From contig NC_092674.1 in NCBI RefSeq assembly GCF_964355755.1, positions 18,476,001-18,540,000 on the forward strand: a stretch of 64,000 nt of DNA, read 5' to 3'. A program made the position numbers and the translations under genes. Positions 1-11,400 of the stretch are shown piece by piece. The DNA comes from Antedon mediterranea (Eukaryota > Animalia > Echinodermata). Each line of letters opens with the position of its first letter. The stretch's first letter is position 1. Below the pieces are notes generated by a model that saw only the letters and a list, made by a program, of their open reading frames with translations, was not told the DNA's origin and did no database searches.

Positions 1-496
1 GTTTTAAGTTTATTCTCAAAGGGCCCATAAATTTACCATGTTCCATTCATCGCAAATCAATACATTTGTATAAACGTATATTAAATCTATCAAAATAGTA
101 TTTTTTTTTTTTTTAATCGGCTTGTCTTCAACATTATGATACTGTACTCGAGCTGTTCAACCGGTTTTCAGCTATTAAAAACAATTATCGTAGGAGGAGA
201 TAGGAAAATGCGAAGCATCCTCGTATTATTGTGTGCAGGTATTTTTTAAGAGGACATCCATTAGACAGTATATACTACGGTCGGAAAACACCCCTATTTG
301 GGCAAATCGTTGAACCTAAATTCGTTTTAATTGTCAATAACTAATTATCTAGCTGAATTTAATTAGTAAACAGGGTTACATCTGGTGGTTAAAATCTGTA
401 CCAAGATTCTAACCAGCTTTATATACCATCGAGTAAACATTCTAGAAATAACGCGCGATTTACCGAATTTTGCCCTTACGTAAATTTATATATAGA
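1..496 (-). mobile_element. Non-autonomous Helitron-like element, 5' part (runs off the window)
   Basis: Minus strand begins A|TCTATATATAAATTTACGTAAGGGCAAAATTCGG. Near-identical to copies at 25529, 38335 and 39126. Abuts and truncates the LINE fragment at 497. Confidence 0.7.
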
Positions 497-1244
497 TGTA
501 CATTCTATAGGGTACATGTAATATTTTGGAATACATTTCCACTTGCCTGGGTCTTGGCTAAGTAGTCTCTTAACCCAGTTTAGCTTTAACGAGTTCACAA
601 CTACATAAAAATCAATCATATTAACCCCTCCTTCTTCTATTTTATTTATAAGTGTTTTCCTCTTAATCTTTTCTTTTTTATTTTCCCATAGGAATCTATA
701 CAATAACATTGGAAATATATGTTTTGGTACATTGATAATACTAGCATTGTATATTAATTTTGAAATTGCTAGACTTTTAATTATTATCATTTTTCCAAAG
801 AAGGTAAGGTGTCGTTTTTCCCATAGCCTTAAAGTATGTTCTAAATCCATAATTTTATCATCCCAGTTTTTTTTTCACAAATACCTTTTTTATAGCCTAC
901 ATAAATTCCGAGGAAGTTCACTGGCTCTTTCGTCCAAGTGATACCACAAGGGGGTTGCTAGATTATTTTGAATTGATCCAATCCAGATTCCTTTACATTT
1001 TCCTTTATTTAGCTTTAACCCTGAAATATTACAAAATGCATTGATTTCAGTGAAAAAATATTTTAAGCTATTTTCACCTGTTGTAAAAATCACAGTGTCA
1101 TCAGCGAGCTGAGCTATTTTCACAATATTATCAATATCTTTATTCTCAGGTAATTCAATTCCCTTACACAATGGATTATTCCTTATATTTATTGCCATTA
1201 CCTCGACTACAACAGTAAATAATAGTGCAGACAATGGGCAACCT
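497..1244 (-). mobile_element. L1/Tx1-type LINE reverse transcriptase fragment (frameshifted)
   Basis: GCPLSALLF, AQLADDT, SGLKLNKGK, LTFFGKMIIIKSLAISKLIY and EEGGVNMIDF motifs in ORFs 890-1234 and 476-850. Confidence 0.9.
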
Positions 1245-1500
1245 GTTCAAGGCAAAACACATTCCAGGCAAGGAAAATGTGTTGGCTGACCTACTGTCTA
1301 GGCTCCATATTAACAAAGCATTGTTATTGGATAAGTCTCTTAGCGCTCATCCTACAGAAGTACAGCATGAGCTGCTTCACATTTAAATGGTTTGCAGTAC
1401 GAAAAGTCCAGCTTGTGCTGCTTCTAAGTACTCAGTCACGAACGATGAAGCTTCTAAATTACTTGGCACAACACATGAAGTCCAGCCTGGACTTACTTAC
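1245..1500 (+). mobile_element. DIRS/Ngaro-like retrotransposon RNase H C-terminal fragment
   Basis: From 1246 reads FKAKHIPGKENVLADLLSRLHINK...HPTEVQHELLHI*. This is the HIPG-x-x-N-x-x-AD-x-LSR RNase H motif with a stop shortly after, as in tyrosine-recombinase retroelements. A Gypsy origin is not excluded. Confidence 0.65.
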
Positions 1501-1721
1501 TTACGCTAAACAAGATTAATTTGTATAGTTTATTTTACAGGTTTCTCCATACACCCACAGCAAGGAGCAGCCAATCCCGCTCTGACACCGACAGCGGTCT
1601 CCTTAATCGAATCCTCCCTCGAGAATCTTCGATTTTTTCTAAGGTAAGTAATTATTTGTGCATTGATGTAATTATTATTTACCTCCGCCAAGGAGGTATA
1701 TGTAATCCGTAGCGTGTGTTT

Positions 1722-2390
1722 GTTACTTGGCCAAATTGAAAATTGGCCAAGTATGTTGATTGGTGCGGTTTGTGTGTGTGTGTGTTTGTTTGTTTGTCAT
1801 CACTCTAGCGCTCACAATTTTGATTCGAATGACTCCAAATTACTACCATACATGTCACCTGGTGCAAGGACGACACTGCCCAATTTTGGTTAAAATCCAG
1901 ACCACGGTCCCAATTCTGGACCACTTTTAAAAATTATATTCAGACCTGCTAGTGTTAAAAGATAGGACAGAATTATCAAAAGCCGGTGAGCAGTCTTAAA
2001 TTAACAAGTAAACTTAAATTGCATTTTCTCGGGAACTACTTGTCCAAAAAACTTCATTTTTTTACAAGAGGCAAGAGTTATAATTTGTGATTTGTAATTT
2101 TAAAACTGAATTAGATTTAATAAAGAGGTTTTTTGATGCGAGTAGTTTACAAAACCTATTTCTTTTCAAATTCACCCGTGTGTTTTTCGCGTTGCTGTTC
2201 TATGGTTAGCAGACCTTTGTTCGTTCAAAGGCTGGTTACATAACCTGTACACCAAACTCTATACACATGATTGTAGTGAAATTAGCCTAAATCACACAGC
2301 ATAAGACACACACTTTTGGTGAAAATTGGGTCAATGTCAGGAGGCCAATTTTGATTTGGCCAAGTATCGCGCTATGCGCGAAGGCTAGTT
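1722..2390 (+). mobile_element. Nested HINE-like element 1
   Basis: 5' TACTTGGCCAA...TTGGCCAAGTA palindrome. 3' TTGGCCAAGTA + hairpin TCGCGC-TAT-GCGCGA + CTAGTT. Confidence 0.75.
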
Positions 2391-2395
2391 TGTTT

Positions 2396-3294
2396 GTTAC
2401 TTGGCAAAAAAGAATTTTGCCAAGTATAGTATTCACTTTGTTTGTATGTATGTTTGTATGTTTGTATGTTTGTTTGTTTGTTTGTTTGTTAGCACGATAG
2501 CGCCTACAGTTTTCAAGTTATCGTTCTGAATTTTTTGGTGTAGATAGGTATATATTGTCAGACCATGCCTATTGAAAATCAACAAAATTGGTTTATTAAT
2601 AACTTCACAAATAACAAAAATGATATTATTTTCAGACCGGCTAGTGTTAAAAGATAGGAGACAATTTTCAAAAGCCGGCGAGCAGTCTTAAAGTAACAAG
2701 TGTACTGAAATTGCATTTTCTCGAGAACTACTTGTCCAAAAAACATCATTTTTGTACAAGAGGCAAGAGTTATAAATTGTGATTTTTAATTTTAAAACAA
2801 AAGTTGATTCAGTGTACAGGTTTTTTGATGCGAATAGTTTTAAAAACCTATTTCTTTTCCAATTCACCCGTTTGTTTTTGGCGTTGCTGTTCTATTGTTA
2901 TTCAAATTAAACTATTGTAAGTTGATAAGTAGTTTTGTTAGTACCAGCGTGTGTCCTTCCTTATTTCATCAGGTATATACTTACAGAACATGCCTATTGA
3001 TTTTCAGGTAAATTGATATATTACTACATGGGTTAAGGCAGAGGCGCCGCAAATCGGTACAGCTTCAAGACACTCCTCGATCATTATTCTGGTCAATCTT
3101 GATTTTAGAAAGGTCATTGTTGCAATGCCGGAGTTGTTTGTATCAAAAAATTATTTAAACAAATTATTAACCCCAGCAGGATTTTAACAATGTAAAGCTA
3201 ATACCTAAAGCAAAACAAATGTATCTTTCAACATGCTCCGAGTCAGTGGATATATTTTGCCAAGTATTTCACTCAGTTTCTGAGTGCTTTCATT
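2396..3294 (+). mobile_element. Nested HINE-like element 2
   Basis: 5' TACTTGGCAAAA...TTTTGCCAAGTA, followed by a (TGTA/TGTT)n microsatellite. 3' TTTTGCCAAGTA + hairpin CACTCAG-TTT-CTGAGTG. Confidence 0.75.
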
Positions 3295-4529
3295 TGTTTG
3301 TTAGCAGGATTACTCAAAAAGTAATTACAAGATCTTTACCAAAATGAATAGACATATAGATATGTGGTCAAGGACCATTCCATTAAATGTTGGGACCATT
3401 TGGGACCACAGTCCCAATTCTGGACCACTTTTTAGTATACTTTTTTAGACCTGCTAGTGTTAAAAGATAGGACAGAATTTTTCAAAAGCCGGCGAGCAGT
3501 CTTAAAGTAACAAGTAAACTGAAATTGCATTTTCTCGAGAACTACTTGTCCAAAAAACTTCATTTTTTAACAAGAGGCAAATTTGCGATTTGTAATTTTA
3601 AAACATTTTTTGATTTAATGTGCACGTTTTTTGATGCGGGTAGTTTAAAAAACCTATTTCTTTTCAAATTCACTCGTTTGATTTTCGCGTTGCTGTTCTA
3701 TTGTTAGTCGACTGAAGCTATTGTTAATTGAAAGGCTTGTTACATAACCATTACACCAAACTCGCGCATACAAATGCTTGTAATGAAATTAGCCTAAATC
3801 ACAAACAGCATTAAGACACACACAAATATATATATTTTTTTTTTCCGGAGAAATCTTATGTAGGAGAATTTTACAGTAGGCGGAGGTATGCCCTCTCGGA
3901 GTGGCTTTCTAGTTATATTAATTTATTTAACTGCAGCAGTTTACTTGTCTATTGCAATCTTCTTGAACTTTCTAGGCCTTCTTCTTCTTCTTCTTCTTCT
4001 TCTTCTTCGTATTTGGAGCCAACTTCATATGTGAAGACTCTGCTCCTCCAACTCTGTTTTGCTAGCTCTACTGTATTTGGTTGTGTGGTATTATTCTATT
4101 TATTTATTCTTTTAGAGAGAGAAACTGACTCTCTTATTTATTTATAATTATTATTATTATTTTTTTTTCCCTTACTTCTCCTTTCACTTTTCTTTCTCTC
4201 TTTTCTTCTTCTTTTCTTCCCTTTCCCTTTTCTCTTTTTGTTGTTTTACTTATATAAATATATATAATTATTTAATCTATCCTTTATATAATTGTATTGT
4301 ATTCAGACACCTTGTAAAGAGTAAAATAGAGTAAACTGTACCCAACATCAAACACTATGGACGTCTACCATCCGTGCCAACCGTATCACTTTCCTGGGCC
4401 GCTACCTAGGAGAGGCAGAATAAAGTAACTGAATACCCATTTACCCCGCCTCAGCCATCCAGGTGCCCAGCGAGCTGTCACCAAGACAGAAACCCCCAGA
4501 GAGTAAGTTGTGACAAGGTGTACCCTATT

Positions 4530-6060
4530 TAATTAAGTTTGGACAATAAGGGTTTTTGAATTCTGGTAGATGATTCCAGTCGATGGCAGTGTGTGGAAAG
4601 AATGAATACCTAAAGTAATCAACTGTTGAGTGAGGAATATGGTATGATTGACTGTTCTCTCTCCGACTGGGTCTACAGGTGTTTTTCATGACCAGTTTCA
4701 TATCAGCTGCTTGCAGTAGTGTATCTTATCATATGGAACATTAACAGTCGAGCTATCCTCCTCCTCTCTTCCAAGGTTTCCCAACCAAGGACCTTCATCA
4801 TTTCGGTTACACTTGACGTGCGCTTATAGTTGTTGCAGGCAAATCTAGCCGCTCTTCTCTGTACCATTTCAAGTTTACCAATTAAATTGGAATTATATGG
4901 GTCCCAGACGGTGTTAGAATACTCTAATACACAACATTTATATGCAAGGCCTTTTATCCGTTTGTTTCTGACACACACGTTTCGTTGCAAAAAGTTGAGT
5001 GCATTATCTGCCTTGGAAGTTATGGCATCCACATGGGAGTTCCACTTCATATCTTGGGAGATGTTGACGCCAAGGTATTTAGCAACATCAACACTCTTTA
5101 TTTCGCTTCCACATAGGGTGTATTTCTGCTTTACTTTCTTCTTCTTCTTGTTATTGTGAGAAGCTCAATCTTTTCTGGGTGAAACTGCATTTGCCATGTC
5201 CTACCCCATTCTTCAAGTTTGTGGAGATCAGACTGCAGGAGACCGCTATCAGTATTACTTGTAATGGTGGTATATATCATGGTGTCATCAGCAAATAACC
5301 GGATAGTAGAGTTGAGACCACAGCTTATGTCATTGATATAAAAAAAGGAACAAGCACTTATGCACTTTTCCCTTGATCCCATACCATTCCAATTTTGACA
5401 GCAGTCGCTGGTGTCCAACCTTGTCAAACGCTTTGGCAAAGTCAAGTATACAAACATCAGTTTGCAGACCATCCATCATATTTGCTGTGATATCATGTAC
5501 AAATTCTATCAACTGTGTCTCACAGCTCCGCCTTGCTCGAAATCCATGCTGCTTAGAATGTAGAATAGTTTTTAATTCTGCATGGTTCATCAGACTACTG
5601 GTGATAATGTGCTCCATGACTTTAGATGCGATACTTGTCAGGCTAATAGGTCGGTAATTTCTTTTGTCATTATGCTGGCCTTTCTTGAAGATGGGGACAA
5701 TATTTGCATTCTTCCAGTCACTAGGCACAATCCCAGTATCTAAAGATTTCTTGAACAAGCCACAGAATATCGGGGATATTGTTATCTGTTGCAAGTTCTC
5801 GGAGCACTCTTGGGCTTATGTTGTCAGGTCCCGAGGCTTTTGCTGGATGGAGCTCTTTCAGCAATTTGCAGACTCCTTCTTCTGTGATGTTAACTTCTGG
5901 CATGAGCGTGTGTTCGGTAGGTGGGAATGTGTGAGTCAAGGGACTTTCATGTATAAATGTTGACTGAAACTATTGATCTAGCAGCTCGGTTTTCGCTTTA
6001 TCACCGGTTATTAGTCTGACATCATCTTTAATGTCACTGACGCCAGTAAGTAATTTTTCC
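4530..6060 (-). mobile_element. CR1/L2-group LINE ORF2 (RT) fragment, degenerate
   Basis: KASGPDNI, WKNANIVPIFKKG, NYRPISLTS, QHGFR, LDFAKAFDKV, RLFADDT, LEMVQRRAARF and SFFP..WN motifs across frameshifted ORFs. Confidence 0.92.
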
Positions 6061-6809
6061 TATGTTTTATATATTATATTAGGCCGGGCTAGACCATAGT
6101 CCTTATTACAAGGTAGGCCTAGGCCCTCATTCTACAATGTTTTAATATATTTACAGTAATCTGTTTTTTATTATTTTATTTACAGTAGACTTGGCTACTA
6201 CTGTAGGTATTATTTGAAAGTTGCCGTGACACTTATAGGCCACCGTAGCTGCGTCATTAGGCATGTCAGATAGCCTCATTCAACAATTTGGGAGATGGAA
6301 ATCTTCTGTTTTCAAGAAATACATTCGTATTTCATCGTTCAGTTCATAAGGGTCAGTTCCGTGGTTTTTGTTTTGTCTGGGTGGGTGGTGAACCCATCTA
6401 AGGCTGGGTAGTGGCGCTGACACCCAGACTCACTCATGTCTACAGCCAATTTAATATTTTATTGTATTTTAATCAGAACTCAAGTAGATTTATAGATGTA
6501 TATATTTGATGCTTAAATGCAAATTTGTTAACCTAATATTAAGTATTGTTTAGTAAGTAGAGTTTAATACTTTGATTTATACTTTGTTTTAGAATAGTCT
6601 GATTACTGATATCCGTTATGCAGTATTTGATTTATGGTTTCAGATGACATAACGTATAGGGCGTAACCCATTTTATATTATGTAATATAATTACGTTTTA
6701 TACTATAAGTGATTTGTGTTAATATTTGTCATCTATGTTTTACCAATATACACGTTTTAATATTCGTCATTATAATAAATGACATTTCTCTCCAATGATG
6801 GTTTATCTG

Positions 6810-7010
6810 TGTTTGTTTGTTGTCCTGTTCGCTCGCTAGCGTAACACAAACGAACTTTCTTCTCTGGGTTCTTAAAAGTGTTAGGAACTCAGTTTAAGAC
6901 TTGTTCTACCAGAAGAATCGTCGAGGAGTGACTTGAACTTGCGCTTATTTTATTGTATAGCTATGGTTTACGGCATCACTGCCTTAACCGCCCGGCCACT
7001 CGACTCGTCC
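6810..7010 (-). mobile_element. tRNA-derived SINE-like element
   Basis: Minus strand GTCGAG-TGGCCGGGCGGTTAAGGC (A-box-like) ... AGTTCAAGTC (degenerate B box) - CTCGAC closes an acceptor-like stem (6920-7004). It is followed by ~100 bp of body and an (AAAC)n tail. Confidence 0.55.
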
Positions 7011-8114
7011 TTACTTCAATATTATTTACTTTATCACTATTACTGCTGGCTGGATATATTATAATCAAATATTGGCCCTCCCAAAAACTGGACACTGAAT
7101 AGATCCAATAATAAGTATCCTGGACCAACCTAAGGCAATGGGAACAGAAATGAATTTACAAATTAATATCATTATAAGATGGACACGAAAAAAACAACAA
7201 ACACCTAGACGAATCAAAGCGATGTTGGAATTATCCGCTTTAAACTAATAATAGGAATAGATATATTTACATATAAATTGATAGAAACACAGTCGTCAAA
7301 TTGAACAGGCAGGGTAGTGGCCAAAACCCCCACATAACTGAACCAAGTTTTGTCATGGAACATAAACAGTCTCACAAATGAAATGATTTGAAAATCGAAT
7401 GAAAATAGTGGTTGAAAAATTGTAGCTTTCTCAACAGGCTTGTAAACAATTTCACCCCCATGGTTCAATGCAGAAAGATTAGTATTAGTTTGGTGGACTT
7501 TTAAAAACTCATGATTCACTGATTTGATTATACGTTAATTTTGTGACCCCTAAAAACATAGATTCATAGACACCACATTTATCTGTTTACACCCAGAGGC
7601 TGAAGAGTTATGAGCTATTAAATGACACATAAAGGTAACTGACCTTTGACAGTAAAAATCTGGCTATCACAGCTACTAGAAGGCTGCACGTTGTTGGTGG
7701 TATAAAATACAAAAACTAAACTTTTGTGTTACGTTTCTAGTTTTCCCCAGATTCTAAGAAAGTACGTTAACAATATCCGTTAAAATGTGATTCTGTATTG
7801 GGTATACCTACGGTTGGCACCGGAGTGTTGTTTCTATAACGTCATGTAACTCAGCAGTTTTACTGCATGTATTTTTTGTTAATAACAAATCATACAATTT
7901 GAAAAAAGCATAGGCCTAATAAGTGTGTACCACGCAGATAGGGCTCTGTGCTAGTTATTGATTATCACAGTTCGTACCTGTTGAGTAACAATACAAATAC
8001 TACTAAACATGTTATGTTCTTATAATGATTTATTATCACACATCATGAACATATAGAAGAATAATAACTAATTCTTCATTCTAATTGTTGTTTTAATTCA
8101 GTGTGCTACGTTGT

Positions 8115-8461
8115 CTAGTAAGGTGTATAGTAGCAATAATGGAGGCCTATATCACTTTTATAATAATTAGCATGAGGATAAAACCCCATCGCGTAATCAT
8201 CATTACTGGTATTCTCGTTATCAAAGAGAAACCACTCCATTTGAGCCGACATGCCAACAACTTCTTGACACTGGTTAACGTACGGGAATAGGTAGAATGG
8301 ACTGTCGGTTGGCAAATGTATTGGATTTGTACTGAATCCCTCAATTTGACAGCAAAAGTACATCTTGGTGTCACTGTCATATGTTCCTTCTGGAACATTA
8401 CCTCCGTAGTTGCTTCCATCCGTGTTCTTGTCATCCCAGAATATAAATCCTGGTTTCATAT
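8115..8461 (-). CDS. Gene A last exon (ApeC second half)
   Basis: ttcag|AT ATG AAA; GFIFWDDKN..MYFCCQIEG..LPTDSPFYLFP..YCYYTPY*. AATAAA on the minus strand at 8029-8034. Confidence 0.92.
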
Positions 8462-11400
8462 CTGAAGATTAAACAATAACAAATTGAATAAATGATACAT
8501 TACATTAATTTTTTGCTACTCGGAGATTGCGGCAATTAACAAACTCATAGAATAATAAAAGACGCATACAACATAAGTTCTGGCTTAAATAGTTTAATTA
8601 GTAAATGAACATTCACCCATGTAAAACTGCAAATAAAAGTCATAAGCAAATATAAGTTATATAGCAATAATTTTCCAATTCTAAGTAAGCACAACAGGGA
8701 TGCTCAGAGAAAAATAGCCCTATTGCCATAAGTGTCTAAATATTGGGCAGGAGGGAGGGAAAATTGTCTTCAACTTAATGTGATCGTGTTAACAGAGAGG
8801 GTGCTTGATCAAAGAGGTCGAAAAACCCGCCCTCTCCGTTCTCAAAATAGAATTGTGTTCCCAACCCAATTCTTGATTATTGGTTTCGTTAAGCGTGAAT
8901 AATTGTGTAGTGGTTCCGTAATACATAACAGTATAAATTGCTGATGCAGACGAGATCAGGGTTACAGTATGATGCACTAAAACAAGCCATTTGATTTTCT
9001 TTGATTTATTTGCATCTCACTAAAAATACTTATTAAGATGGATGTTTATAAACAATTAAACATTTTTTTAAATAGATGCATGAGCCCCGAAGAACTGATG
9101 TTGCCCTTTTATTCATTCATTCATTCATTTATTTGATTAAAATCACATAAAAAAAGTAAAAAGGTTCATGAATAAAACAGTATTAAAAACAACATATAAA
9201 ACAATGATACAAATATTTTAAAACATATAAAAACCGTATAAAAACAATGTTTAAAATATTTTATTCAAAAACCATTAAAAATTCTTAAAAGAGATAAAAA
9301 GGGTGAGAAAAAGTGATTTCGATCAGGATCGTCCAAGAAAACAAATAACTCAGGTTTATTTCCATTGGAGTCCTTGAGGTAAAAGAAAAGTTTAAAAAGA
9401 AGTTTAGATGCTATGCCGTTTCGATGCGAGATTGTTTTTAAATAATTTTCTAAATACATTTACACTCTCAGTACTTTTTATCGTAATTTGTTCCATTCTT
9501 TAATTGCTGAAGCATAAAATGTGCCATCTATAACATTACAAGAGATTGATGGAACAAAATTAAAATAACTGTGTCGGGTGCCATGTGCATGTTTATAAAA
9601 TTATTACCAAGATATGGTGCTACATTTCTATACTGCATTTTGTGCACAGTGTTTAATTTTATTTGAGTCACCCTGTCCTCAACACACAATAGCCCTAAGC
9701 TATCTAGTTCGTTTTGTCCTACATGAAATCGAGGACCTTCATTAAGGATAAATCTCACCATTTTGTTTTGCATAATCTGTAGTTTATTAGGTTATATGCA
9801 TTATCATGCATATAACCTCTTGATTCTGTCAAAATCTTTATTAGGTTATATGCATTATCATGCATATAACCTCTTGATTCTGTCAAAATCTTTATTTATT
9901 TATTTATTTATTCTTTCCTTAGCACTATTTTGTCCGTGAATTATCTTGATATCAGTTTCATCTATCTAAGTCAATTTTTCAGAGTATATTCCTCATGGCC
10001 AGGAATCGATGTGGTTATATTTTCACAATGCGTAATAAAAAATTACGCGGTCTACGCGTGATTTTACGAAATCACGTTTGTAATCATATCTTCACAAGCA
10101 TGAATCACAATTAAACAAAATTTGGTACTCATAAATTTCAGGTCATACTTCATCATATGGCAATAAAATTACGTGCGTAGCGCATATAACGCTTGCGTAC
10201 GCGCGCTTAAAATGTTCAAAATTGTCAAAATTTATTTTCGATGAAATTAGAGTACGTTTCAGGCAATTTTAAGCGTTTAAAAAATTGCCATGAGTGCGCA
10301 GATTTTTGCACGCGCACTGCGCGTTAAACGTTAATGCGCACTCTTTTTGCCCGATTTCTGTTTTACAATCTTTCTTTAATAATATCATCATATTTGATTC
10401 AGGTTTCAACTCGAAATTGCGTTATACGAGCACGTCAAAAGTGACTGGCTACGCACGTATAAGTTAACAAAATGGTGAAAATATGCTAAATTTTAAAATT
10501 AATATATATCGTCAGAATGCAGGGGAACACCTATTTTTTATTTCATTTTCTTGAAGTGTATGTATCATATGTATGATTTATTATCAAATAAAGAGAACAA
10601 AAGTTGATTAAGTCATCATTAATTGCATATTAAATTTAAAAAAAATTATTTCGACAATCAAACAAATTATGTCATTTTCTTAGGCCAAAATAACAAACTT
10701 AACATTAACTTTCTTCCTTCAAAAATTCATATATTAAAGTTAAAAGTAAGTAGTTTGACAGTGCATCATTTGTATACATTTTAAAGATGTCATCATAGTA
10801 AAAAATTATAATTCATTTCGGTATGTAATAATCTATTTGCATCAAAGTGGTTACTGCATAGTAAATACACGGAGGAATTTTTCTACAACTTTTAGTCAGT
10901 TGTGTACGGCTCGGTGGTCTGTGCTCGTGTCTATGGCTTTCAAGGTACCGAGATCGAGTCTCACCTTGGGAAACGAAATAAGATTTTTTTTTTATTGTCC
11001 GTATTGTTTGTTCAAATTTATTTCTTAGTGTATAGATTATACACAAGATTTATAATGAAATCTAGATAAAAATTAACTTATGTCTTTATTATTACGTAAC
11101 AACAAATGTGGTTTATGACATTATACGCATATGGATCTTTGATCGGATTGTGATACCGGCTACGGTGTTCGCGTTAGCAAGGTCCTATCATATATTATAA
11201 ATAATTAAAGATTTTGAGAAAATCAATCAATCAATATATCTTTTAAAAATCAATTATCTTTATTTAAATCAATGCATATAACCTATAATTCGTCATAGTG
11301 ACGAATTAAATCTAGTTTATTTATTTATTCTTTCCTTAGCACTATTTTGTCCGTGAATTATCTTGATATCAGTTTCATCTATCTAAGTCAATTTTTCAGA

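Larger units (their letters stand above)
1677..3914 (+). mobile_element. Helentron-associated non-autonomous element (HINE/DINE-like), outer element carrying two nested elements
   Basis: Sub-terminal inverted repeat ACCTCCGCC (1681) / GGCGGAGGT (3879), 5' TGTT microsatellite, and 3' hairpin then CTAGTT. The body resumes at ~3295 after the nested inserts. Confidence 0.75.
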
